Assembly: GCF_009914755.1 (NCBI RefSeq)
Contig: NC_060926.1
DNA length: 64,000 bases
From: the human T2T-CHM13v2.0 reference genome, Homo sapiens
Direction: 5' to 3' (one strand)
Positions 1-56,350 of this stretch are shown here, piece by piece. Each line of letters opens with the position of its first letter. The first letter of the stretch is position 1. Position numbers and translations under genes: made by a program. The notes under the pieces are model-generated. The model did not search any database. It saw nothing but the letters and a program-made list of their open reading frames with translations, and was not told the DNA's origin.

Positions 1-1429
1 CACCAAATGACAATTTTAAATTACATACACAGGTTATATTTTATTTCTATTGGATGACACTGCTCTGCAGAACCAGTGCCCTTCCTTTTACAATGTTAAA
101 TTTGTCCCTCTCCTTCATTATAAACGAAAACCTAGTATCATTTCCTAGCTAGGAGAAATAACAGTACACCGTAAGATACAGATTCTTGTTCCACTTCTGC
201 TATTACTCAGTAAAGACCTCTTGGGTAAATCAGATAGCCTCTCTTGGCCTCAGTTTACTCATGTCTAAAGTCTTCATTTCTAAGGTCCCTTGGGACAATG
301 ACATTATCAGATTCAAAACAGAATAAGGCTCTATGTTCTACAGTAGTGTATAGGCACATTCGTTCTTAGGTCAGGGATTCCTAACCTAGAGCTCACAGAA
401 ACTGTACGCAAGTATACATCCACTTTTAAGTTAACACTTTTCACATTTCTCAAAGACCGTATCTTTAAAATAAAAGATTAAGAGCTACCTTAGCTGGTAA
501 TAAAACTGGTATACTTAAAAAAAAATCAGAGATTGTTATTTTATCATTGTACTTGTTTGGCATGGCTAAGATGTGTTACTGGTCACTAAGGGTGAGGTTT
601 CACTTCCCTAACCTGTTCTTGAAGGCCTTCAACAGATCCCACTTCTTGTTCCACTCTAGTAGCCACACTTCTAAAAATGATCTGTGCAACATATATAATA
701 TGCAAGCTGTAGAATGCTGGCTGTTAAAAATGGGGTCCATTTTCAAATACAACATTTTTCTAAACCATGCACAAAAGAACAGCCCTACAGGGACACTCTT
801 CCATACTGTATACATGCCGTTGCCACTACATGTGAATACTGGCAGACGTTAGTGGCTAAAGATAAACATTAGATAAAACATAGGTCTTCACTGAGCAGAC
901 CTGAAATAGCAGAGCAATGAAGTACATTACAAATCAGCATCCCAGTACATTTTAAAAAACAAACCAACAAGGGTGTCATGCCACCAGTCAAAAGGTACTT
1001 TGCTTAAACTGGCATTCTTTAACATTCATGTTGTAGTGGTAAGTACTTCATTTCATACAGCCACAGTTATTAATACTTTCCTAAGGGCTACCAGCTGCTA
1101 AAAACTGCTGTTATCTCATACTGAGAATGCTAGTTCTATACCTTTGCTCTCAGGCTGTGAGGAAGGGGTGCTAGTCCAAAAGGCCATGGGATTAGATTTA
1201 AAAAGGCTAAAATTAAATCCTAGAAAATAAAGAATATTTCATTTTTTAACATTTTAGGAAACAAAATGAATATGCTTTTAAAACATAAAAAGCCAGAATC
1301 CCTCAATTTATACCACCAATCTGACTGTCTTACATATTCATTTATCCCTGTAGTTTCATTCTTTGCTCATTTAATACATGAGCAAGACTGACATACAACA
1401 CATAAAATGAGAACATCTCAATATCATGG

Positions 1430-1743
1430 TTTTTTTTGTTTTTTTGTTTTTTTTTTTTTTTTTGGAGACAAAGTCTCACTCAGTCAGGCTGGAGTGCAGT
1501 GGCATGATTTCAGCTCACTGCTACCTCCATCTCCTGTGCTCAAGCGATCCACCTGCCTCAACCTCCTGAGTAGCTGCTAATTATAGGCACGCACCACCAC
1601 GCCCGGCTCATTTTTGTATTTTCAGTAGAAACAGGGTTTCACCACATTGGCCAGGCTGGTCTCGAACTCCTGAGCTCAAGTGATCTGCCCACCTCAACCT
1701 CCCAAAGTGCTGGCATTCTAGGAGTGAGCCACCGTGCCCAGCC
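1430..1743 (-). mobile_element. Alu (J/S type)
   Basis: antisense Alu with poly-T; flanking direct repeat TCAATATCATG. Confidence 0.92.
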
Positions 1744-2105
1744 TCAATATCATGTTTTCTGAGTGACAAAAGAAACAGAACAAATGAAAATGAACACTTT
1801 AAAAAAAGACTCACGTTAATGCGCATGATTCAAGCATGAGTCCGTACACTGTACCAAGTTCTTTTGCTCTGCCCTAGCATGATAGAAGTATCTTCCAGTT
1901 ACTGAAATGTCTTTAACTAAGTTCTCTTGCTCTTTGAAACCTCACCGTGAACTTATTAAGGGAGAAAAAAAATTGCTCAAATATTTTGGGGGTGTTCACA
2001 AAGCATCGTTTATATCCCAACATTAGTATCCCACAAAGAGTCTGCATCAAGCTAAACATTAAAAGAAAGAAAAATTGTGCTTAACTTTAACAACAAAGTA
2101 CCTAC

Positions 2106-45707
<43,602 letters not shown>

Positions 45708-45933
45708 CGCACCGCCAACCTGGCTCCCGAGACGCGTGAAACCAGCGCTCAGCCCCGCAGCAGTCGCCAATTCCAACAGGAAAGCGCCTGAAAGCCACTG
45801 ACGTAGCCGGCGGAGGACCACTGTGACGCACTTGTGTACTGCGTCAGCACTGTGTATCCTTGGCGACGTCGGCGCTCGAGCTGCACTCGGCCGGGCTCTT
45901 GGCAGCACCCTGTGCTCTGAGGGTGTCTTGCCC

Positions 45934-45990
45934 GCCGGGCGCCGTGGCTCACGCCTGTAATCCCAACACTTTGGGAGGCCGAGGCGGGTG
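45934..45990 (+). mobile_element. Alu 5' fragment (57 bp), abruptly truncated
   Basis: GCCGGGCGCCGTGGCTCACGCCTGTAATCCCAACACTTTGGGAGGCCGAGGCGGGTG then unrelated AT-rich DNA. Confidence 0.9.
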
Positions 45991-48900
45991 CTGTAAACCA
46001 TTCATTTGCTTATTTCAATATTTTCATTTGTATGCTTTCAGATAAGCTGAACTTGTTCCAATCTGCTATACATAGGTTTGTTTATATCTTTACAGTAAAT
46101 ATCTCAGTTAAGAATTATTTTCTCTTTGTAAAGACATTGTGACTCAGATACTACTTGTAAAGTCTATAGGAACACACAGCTAGTAAATGGCATAATTGAA
46201 ATTCAAATGGAAATCTGATTCTAAAATATACTTGTAGCAACATAGCTGATTCCTGTTACTGTATCTGCTCCTGTAAATTTTGTAAATTCATTACAATTTT
46301 TAAAATATAAAATATTTTCATATATTTATTTAGTCTTTGCTACCATGAATAGCTTCAATGGGAATGATGATTAATTCTAGAATGTGCTTGTCTTTTACAT
46401 TTCTATGATTTTTAGGGTTAAAATAAACCTTGTTGGTTTACAAATGATTCCTGAATGATTTCTTTCCTCTAAATGCTACAGCACTTCACTACAAGGTCTG
46501 CAAAGAAGCTATGTGGGGGAGTGAAGTAGGAGGTGACTGAGATTATGTAATTAAGTTCATATATGTCATAATTTTTCATTGTTCCCACTGTTTTAGAGAA
46601 AAGTAACAAAGGAGAAGACATGTGGGCGTGTAGAGAAATGCAAGGTGGAGATATTAATGCTACAGTATAATCTTCTGTGGGTGTTTAGCCTGGGGATGAG
46701 AAAACTAAGGAGAACCATGCCAGTTGTGTTGAAATATTTGAAGAGCTGTCATGCAGAAGAGAGAATAGACTTTTTTCTGTAGGCCCAGAGGGTATAACTA
46801 ACATTAAGGGAAGAAAGTCATAGGGTAGAAAAATTTTATTCAATTTAAGGAATAACTTTCTAATAGTGCATAGTATTGGAACAGGTGGCTGCATAAAGTC
46901 CCACGAAGTGTTCATTCTAATGCTGAATACCCATGCACCAAGAATCCTGTGGAAATGATGCTTGCAGGGATTAAAGAATGAAGTAGAATCTAATCTAATA
47001 TAGCCTCTTCCTACTAGAATGCCAAACTCAGAAAGACTTTCTCTCTGTTCTCTCTTTCTCTCTCTCTCGTGCTCTCTTTGTCTAATTTATCTGTATACCT
47101 ATTTAATTTCCAAAAAATGAGATTGACAGGAAGTGTAAGAGTTAAAAAGAATAATGTGTGTATGCGTGTGCATGTGTGTGTGAAAAAATGGATTTTAAAG
47201 GTATTGGATGCCCGTTGAGAATGTTTATATTCCTCTACCCCTTGAGGTTTATGGTTAGCAAAAAAATAGTAACAAAGATAATTTTGTTATATCTTATTGT
47301 ATGGCAGAAGGAGATTTCCATAGTAGAATAAAAAAAACTTTTAAATCAGAGATAACCTGGGTTCAAATTCCAACTTTCTCACTTTCAGCTTTTTGACCTT
47401 GAAAAAGTAACTGAACCTTTATAAACCTTCATTTTTTTACTATAAAATTTGGATAATAAAGTACCTTAACTGTAGGGTTACTGAGAAATTAAATGAGACA
47501 AGTCACATGAAGCACACTTTATATTGCCTAGTATGTAGACAGCAATAATAAATCCTGGCTTCATATATTTCCTTACTTTAGTTTACATTGTTTTTACAAA
47601 CGTATCACATCAGCTGATAGAATTTTGATGTCGTCATTTAAGTTTCTGGTTATCTGGTGTAGAATGCAACTGTTTTTCTGATTTAAGATAATTCAATCAA
47701 CAAATTTTTCTTGAGCTCCAATTTTGCTCATTCTACCTTTCTCTCCATGCAAAAAGAAAGTGAGAAATGTCATTTCATTTGGCAATGGTTAAACATAGGC
47801 AAACCTTTAGAAATATTTCTTTATTTTAAAATTTGTGCTTGTAAAATACTTAGTTATAATATATGTTTACTAATTTACTGTTTTTTAAAGTTGTTTTATT
47901 ACGGAAAAACAATTTTGGTGCTATACACCCCAGAGAATACTTTAATGCTCAATTATCTGAAAAAATAATCTATGGTATGCTTTTTCACAGCCCTGCTGAA
48001 TTCTAGGTACTCTTCCTCGAATTTGTGTGAGAAAATATGTAGACTCACAGTTTACTTCAGAATTAAAAATATTACTACAGAATACATTCAAATTTTATAC
48101 CTCTGATTGCAGCATATTGAAATGCTTAAGAAGTTCCATTAGTGCAGATGATGACAACTATGTATGCAAAAGTACCAGAGAAATTTTATGTGTGTTTTTA
48201 TGCATGTATCTTTGTGTATGGTTACAGTATGATCGTGGCAAATGTATAAGATACACACATGTTACACTTTTCATGCCTGATTAATTCATAAAAGGCATGT
48301 GTGTGAGTGTATGTATGTGTGTATTTGCTTATGCTCACTTTCTGTGCTTGTCTAAATAATGAAGATTTTTTTCCTGTATCTATGCTTTCAGAAACCATAC
48401 CTGACTAACTGGTGGGGAATGTGTATTTACATTTTGCCACTACACTAATTATTTCTGATTAAATTTTCTAGTTGCTTACGTAAATCATGAATTGGATTCT
48501 CGTGTTAATTTGACTAAAACTACCAACTAGTAAATATTTTCAATTAAGTGATTTTCTTCATAATTCCCATCAATGATTCTTTGTTCTTGTTTTTTAAAGA
48601 ATATTTTGATTAAAATACAATAGTGTCATTGTAAAATGATTGACAAGTATAATGAATGAAATAAAAATAGTTGAAGATTTTTAAACCAAAACAAATTCAG
48701 TGATAAATGTTAATATATTTTATTCTAGTTGTTTGTATGTCTGTATGTAGCAGATAAAAGAAAATCTCCATGGGAATTGAGATGCAAATGAGATTGAGAC
48801 ATCATTAGGATAAAAATGTTAGAATCATGAATGTCAGAAAAAAAATTAGTACCTGGTAAACTTGAGGAAATCTTTGTACTTTCCAAAGATAAAAAGAAAG

Positions 48901-49419
48901 TTGTTGCAAATCAATTTATTTTTATTCCGAAAAGACAAAGTGATCCAGCTGATATACAGTTATAGATAAATGCATGTACAGTCATACAGTGTATATCCTG
49001 ATGCTTTATATAATATGTGACAGCAAGCTTGTCTTTCTTCTTTAATAATTGTTGAAAATTTAATTTTTGTGACCACATGGTAATTGATTACAAGAAGGGA
49101 CTATAGTGTGTTTATTTATTCATTTCTTGAACATTTCCATTGCTTTCTACTTTAAAATTGCTTTAACAGTGCTGCAGTGAAGATACATGTACTCAAATAT
49201 TTTTTAATAATTCTACTAATTTTCATTAATTATATTCCTGGAAATGCATGTAGAAAATTAAATGATATAGATATTTTAAATATTCTTATTACCATATTAC
49301 TTGATTATTTTTGCCACATTACTTTCTAGAACAGTTGTGTCAATCTGTTTTCTTGTTGGGAAGGTAAAATGCAAACATTAGATGTCTAGAACCCAATAAA
49401 AAAGACAATGTAAACAAGT

Positions 49420-50924
49420 TGTATTAGTTTGTTCTCACACCATTATGAAGAAATACCTGAGACACAGTAATTTAAAAAAACAAAAAAACAGAAGTTTAAT
49501 GGACTCACAGTTCCACATGGCTGGGGAGGCCTCAAAATCACAGTGGAAGGGAAAAGAGGAGCAAAGGCAAGTCTTAGAAGGCAGCAGGCAAGAGAGTATG
49601 TGCAGAGGAACGGCCCTTTATAAAACCTTCAGGTCTCATGAGACTTATTCACTATTGTAAGAACAGCAAGAGAAAAAAAACCCGCTCCCATGATTCAGTT
49701 GAGTCCTGTCAGGTCCATCCCATGGCATGTAGGGATTATGGGAACTAAAATTCAAGATGATATTTGGTTGAGGACACAGCCAAATCATATCATTCTGCCC
49801 CTCACCCCTTCCTTTCAAATCTCATTTTCTCACATTTCAAAACACAATCATGCCTTCCCAACAGTCCCCCAAAATCTTAACTGCTTTCAGCATTAACTCA
49901 GAAGTCCACAGTCCAATGTGTCATCTGAGAAAAGGCAAGTCTCTTCGGCCTGCAAGCCTGTAAAATCGAAAGCAAGCTGGTTACTTCCTAGATACACGGG
50001 GGTGAAGGCATTGGGTAAATACACCCAAATGGGAAAAAATGGCAAAACGAACAGGCTACAGGCCACATAAAAGTCCAAAATTCAGTGAGGCTGTTAAATA
50101 TTAAAGCTCCAAAATGACCTCCTTTGACTGAAGGTCCCACATCCAGGTCACACTGATGCAAGAGGTAGGCTCCCACAGCCTTGGGCAGCTCTGCCCCTGA
50201 GACTTTGCAGGGTACAGGCTCTCTCCTGGGTACTTTCACAGCATTTTCCACCCCTGCTGAAAACTTCTGCCTGGACATCCAGGCATTTCCATACATCCTC
50301 TGAAATCTATCTAGAGATTCCCAGCAAGATCACCATCTACATCTGAGACCACCTCAGCCTGGATTTTATTGTTCATTTCACTATCAGCATTTTGGTCAAA
50401 GCCATCCAACAAGTCTCTAGGAAGCTCTAAACTTTCTCACATTTTTCTGTCTTCTTCTGAACCCTCCAAACTCTTTCAACCTCTGCCTGTTACCCAGTTC
50501 CAAAGTTGCTTCCACATTTTTCAGTATCTTAATAGCAGTACCCCACTCTACTGATACCAATTGACTGTATTAGCTCATTCTCATACTGCTATGAAGAAAT
50601 AACAAGACTGGGTAATTTATAAAGAAAAAGGTTTAAAGGACTCACAGATTCACATGGCTGGGGAGGCCTCACAATCATGTCAGAAGGCAAAGGAGGAAGA
50701 AAGGCATGTTTTACATGGTGGAAAGCAAGAGAGCATGTGCAGGGGAACTGCCCTTTATAAAACCATCATATCTCATGAAACAGTCACTATCACGAGAACA
50801 GCACTGGAAAAACCCACCCCCATGATTCAATTACTTCCTGCTTGGTGTCTCCCATGATAAATGGGGATTATGGGAGTTACAGTTGAAGATGAGAATTGGA
50901 GTGGGACACCGTCAAACCATATCA
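49420..50924 (-). mobile_element. THE1 (ERVL-MaLR) element: LTR 49420-49792, shortened internal region, LTR 50566-50924
   Basis: two homologous TGTATTAG...CATATCA LTRs; 5-bp TSD CAAGT/CAAAT. Confidence 0.9.
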
Positions 50925-50979
50925 CAAATAGTAGAAAAAGACCTACAGCACATTAACATAGTTGCGTTACCACACAGGC

Positions 50980-53900
50980 TTTAAAATTAAAGTTATTTTT
51001 GCATGAAATAAAACACGAGAAATATGTTTTTGCATGAAACAATGAAAATAGTCAATAAAATAATGGAAAGTATGGTAACTTAAATAATTGGATTCATGAG
51101 AAATAACCAAATAAATATTCTAGAGATTAAAAATGCAGTGTCTCAAACTTAGGCCATATAAAATATGTTTAACAGCAAACAGGACATGGCAGAAGACAAA
51201 TTAGTAAAATGGAAAAGATATCAATGGAAAATAGTCAATATGAAGCACAGGGCAATAATGATTTTTTTTTACTGGACACAGTGTAAGGAAAATGTGAGCA
51301 CATTAAAATATCTAACATATATGTTGTTAGAGGTACAGAAAGAGAAGAGAGAGAAAATAGAGCAGATGTAATATTTGAATATGTAATACCAAAAATTGAT
51401 AGACTTCAATTGACAAATTCAAGAATATGAGTGAACCCCAACCAAAATAAAAACAAAGAGAACCCCATGTATATGCTTAGTCAAATTACTGTAAGCTGAA
51501 GTCAAAGTGAAAAAACATATCTTAAAAAAATAGCTGTGATTTGGGAAGAGACATACAATGTTACTTTCAAATCAGCCACAGTAATACTAACAACTAGATT
51601 ATTTTCCATAAGAAATGGAGCCAGAAGACAATAGAAAGTTATTATTAAAATACTAAGTAAAACAAAATCCTAATAAAGAGAAAGACCTACCAACCTATGA
51701 TAGTATCCCTAATAAAAATATCACTCAAACTGAAAGCTAAATAAATCATTTTCAAACAAAAGATTGATGAGATAATTCATCAGCAGAACTGCTAAGTGAA
51801 TTTCTCAAGCTGAAATCAATGATGATACCACATGAGAAGCAGAATCACAGTAAAAAAAAAATGAAGAGTATTAGAAGCTTTAATATATAAATAATTATAA
51901 AATAATATTTTAATAATATTGTTAACACAGAAACAACAAAATCTTGGTAGATTTATAATAAATATGTATATAAATATATGACAAATATCACAAAAGGCAT
52001 GGAAATGGTGCGAATAGTTATATATGCTTTGTAAAATTTGTGCAGTTTTATAAAAATATTAGTACTACTAAAAAATGGTTGATTATAATAACTAGGAATG
52101 CATTCTGTAACCTAAAGATGTTAATAAAAATTAATAAAAGAATGTACAAGTAAAACTTAATATAATAGAACTAATTGTATAAGAATGATGATTAATTGAA
52201 AATAAATAAATTTACCAAAAACAAAGAAGAAATAATGAAACAAGTTGCAAAATGGTTGACTTGAACCTACCTATGTTAGTAATTGTTTTAAATGTACATG
52301 TACTAAACACTCTAATTGAAAAGCAAACTGTCGGAACAATTAGAAAATACAACTAGATGCTGTTTAAAAAGGACAAATATTAACTACAACAACACAGAAA
52401 GTCTGGAAGAGAAAGGACAGAAAAGATATACCACACAATCTCTAAATAAAGTTACTGTAGGTAAATATAAACTATATCAAAATATCAGACCATGTTGAAA
52501 GTAACAACTTTTATTCTTTGGACCATAAACCCACACACAGAAGAAGATTATTAAAATATGCATTTAACAAAAGATTTTATTTAGAATAGATAAAGAAATC
52601 CTGGAAGTCATTAAAAACAAGATAGGCAATTAAATTTAAAACTAAATGGTAGGCTGGATACAGTGGCTCAGTCTTGTAAACCCAGCACTTTGGGAGGCTG
52701 CGGTGAGAGAATTGCTTGAGTCTAGAAGTTTGAGACCATCCTGGGCAACATAGCGAGAACCTTTCTTTAAAAAAAAAATAAAAATTAGCCAGGCTTGGTG
52801 GTGTGTACTCCAGAGGCTGAAGTGGGAGGATTACTTTATCCCAGGAATTCAAGACTGCAGTAAACTACGATCATGCCACTGTACTCTAGACTGGGTGACA
52901 GAGAGTCTAGTCTCTGTCTATAAATAAATAAATAAATAAATATAACATAGTAAAAGAACCTGAACAAGACTTTCAGAAAATGATATGTACATGACCAATA
53001 AGCACATAGGATAATGATCAACGCAACTAGTCATTAATCGAATGAAAATAGAATCACAATGAGACACTACTACAGACCTACTGATGACTAAAATTAAAAA
53101 GACAAATAATACCAAATGTTGACAAGGATGTAAAGGAACTGACAATCCCATATTTTGCCAGTGGAAATATAAATTGCTGTCAGTTTTTCAGAAATAATTT
53201 TGGCTGTTTCTACTATATCTAAGAATACATACATCTGGTGAGCCAGCAATTTCACTCCAAGAGAAATGAGTTCTTACCTTCACCATGACATGAGCAAGAA
53301 TATTCATAACAGTTTTATACATTATAGCCATAAACATAAACTGCCAGTTAAACGAGGAGTTTGAGGAGATTTTGGTTGAAAAGTACAAAGATTTAGTTAG
53401 AATGATGAATAAGTTCCAGAGCACTATTGTACAGCATGGTGACTGTAGTTAATAGTTAACATAATGTATACTTTAAAATTGTTTATAGAGTAGATCTTAC
53501 CTGCCTTCAACACCAAAAAATAATAAGTACGTATGGTGATGGATATGTTTATTAGCTTGATCCCGTCATTCCTCACTTTATACATATATAAAAATATCAT
53601 ATATGCTTCAAATATATATATAGTTTTTTGTTAATTATAGCATAGTGAAGCTGAAACAAGATAAAATAAAATGTGGGGGAGTTTTACCATATGGAGAAGC
53701 TGGTAATAGCACAATAACAATAATAATAACAGTAATAATTGTTATATAACCCAAATATTTCAAAGAATGAATGATAGTTAAAAGCTACATATCTTATATT
53801 ACAATTTTAGTTATACTATTTATCTAAAGAAGCCAAAGCTTAAATATAATTAATTGATATTTTAAAAAGTAAATACTTTTATCGGGAAATGCAGAAAAGA

Positions 53901-55205
53901 GAGCACTTTCCAGCTTTCAGTAGAAAGCCAGCATTGTCCTGACATCAAAATCTGATACGTAAATTATAATAGAAAACTACAGAAAAATGTCTGTCATGAA
54001 TATAGATGCAAAAAAATTTATAAAACATTAGGATACAAAATCCATCAATTTATAAAATGTATACTACATCATAACCAAGTGGATTTTTTACCTGGAATTT
54101 AATATTGGTTTAATATTTGAAAATCAATCAGCGTGATTCACCATGAACAGAGAAGCGGAGAAAAATCAGAAAATTAGAAGTGCATTTCCTTTATCTGATA
54201 AATAACATCTAAGAAAACCTTCAATTTATATCATATTTATTGGTGAAAAACTGAGCTCTAAACCGGGGAAGAAGAAAAAGGTATCTGTGCACACCATTTG
54301 AAGTCAAAATTGTAATGAAAGCCATAACAAGTAAGACAAGGTTGAAAAAATATGCAAGGCCTCAGCCTGAGAAGCAAGAATTAAAGCTCTCCTTATATGA
54401 AGATTACATGATCATAGATGTAGAATATAGTAAAAAATGCACAGAAAATCTACTAGTGCTAGCAAATGACTTTTGCACATATTCAGGATACAGTGTGAAT
54501 ATATAGAAAAAATAGATTTTTTGCTTACTAGTAACAAACAATTGGAAAGATTTAAAATATCACTCAAACTAACACAATATGAAACAATTGGATATGAATT
54601 TAACAAAATACATGCAAAAATTATACACTGTAACACATAAACATTGCTGAGAAAAAGTTAAAAAGCCATAAATGAGTGGGGAAAGATATTGTATTCATGA
54701 ATTTGAAGTTCCAATATTGTTAAGATGCCCATATTCATAAAATGTTACATAGATTTATTGTAATCTCACACGAACATGAGGATTTTTAAAAAAATGGTTA
54801 AGTGGATTTGAAACTTATAAGAAGCAAAAGACCTATAATGCAGAAAAACAATTTTGAAAAAGAAGCCCAACGTTGTAATACTAACATTAGCAAATTGAAG
54901 ACTCAATATATAACTGCTGTATATGATCAATTGATTTTCTGACTAAGGTGCTAAGGTAACTAAGTATGGAATTAATAATATGTCAACAAATAGTTCTGAG
55001 AAAAACAGGACATCTGTAGATAAAAAAATACATATTTACATTTATCTCACTCCATATACAAAAATGAACTGGAAATGCATCATAGATCTAAATATAACAA
55101 CCAAAATTAAAAGCTTTTAGAAAAAATTGTAGGAAGATGTTGCTGACTTTGAGGTAGGCAAAGGGTTCTTAGACATATAAGAACAAATTCTAGTCATAGA
55201 AGAAA
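50980..55205 (+). mobile_element. old fragmented L1M-type LINE sequence with an AluJ at 52650-52941
   Basis: A-rich, degenerate ORF1/ORF2 and 3' UTR motifs; boundaries approximate. Confidence 0.6.
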
Positions 55206-55434
55206 AATGATCTGATACAGCTGAAAACGTCACTATAAGAATTTTATAATACAATCAGAAATATCAACAAGAGAAAGGAATAAGCAGAGGAAAGAATCTC
55301 AGTGTTCAAAAAAATCCGTTCTTTGAATCAACTCAGTCAGACAATTATAAAGAAAAAAGAATAAAAAGAATGATTAAAACCTCTGAAAAATATGGGATTA
55401 CGTAGACACCAAACCTATGACTCATTGGTCATTG

Positions 55435-55978
55435 TGTTGTGGGAATTGAGGGACTAGAGAGACCAATGTGTGGAACAGGAGAATTTTATTTAGGTGACCA
55501 CTGGCTCAGTGAACTAACATCCACAGGCTGAGCCCTGAACAAAGACAGGGCTCCACTTTTATACATGCATCTGAAAAGGGTGTGAAATCTGTAAGGCGGG
55601 TAAGCAAGCTTACAGAAGCAGAACAAAGGCAGTTTATCAACCAGTGACAGGTTTTACAACTCAAGCCAGGTGTTGCAACTCAGGCATATCTTGTGACCTT
55701 CGTTGTGCTGCACAGAAGGGAAAAACAGGAACTTACAAAACTTGCAAAGATAATTGTGAGAATAGTAAGGGGGAAAGTGGAAGCTGAAAGAGAAAAACTT
55801 GTTTTTCCCAACCTTGCTCTGGGTTTGGAGGGAGAGACTCTGGAGCCCATTCCTTCTTAGCCTTGGCTCTGCAGATAGTGCTATCAAAGCCTCCACAGAG
55901 CCCTGCCCTTCCCTGGGTCTTGGAGTGAGTGAGCCTAGTACAGAAAAACTTGTTTTTCTTTTTATATCTTCTGCTTCA
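55435..55978 (-). mobile_element. solo LTR (probably ERV1 class) inserted in L1 ORF1
   Basis: TG...CA ends, 4-bp TSD ATTG, TATA-like and AATAAA signals on the minus strand; family not recognised. Confidence 0.75.
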
Positions 55979-56219
55979 ATTGGTGTCCTTGAAAGAAAGT
56001 GAGAGAGAGCAAACAACTTGGAAAACATATTTAAGGATATTGTACACAAGATTTTCATCAACATTACTATAGAGGTCAACATTCATATCCAGGAAACTCA
56101 GATAACCCCTGTGAGATACCATACAGGATGACCATTCCCAAGACACATAGTCCTTGATCCTCCAAGGTCAAAGAAAAAGAAAAAATATTAGTGGGAACTA
56201 GAGAGAAGAGACAGACAAA

Positions 56220-56350
56220 TAGAGAAAGAAAGAAGGAAGGAAGGAAGAAAGAAGAAAGAAAGGAAAGAAAGAAAGAGAAAGAAAAAGAGAGAGAGGGAGG
56301 ACGGAAGGAAGGAAGGAAGGAAAAAAAAGAAAAGAAAAGAAAGGAAAACA
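56220..56350 (+). repeat. purine-rich (GAAA/GAAG)n microsatellite
   Basis: directly visible. Confidence 0.93.

Noticed and set aside
46100-49400. Short ORFs in the AT-rich upstream region
   Set aside because: No recognisable homology or exon structure; only MIR-like remnants and simple repeats.
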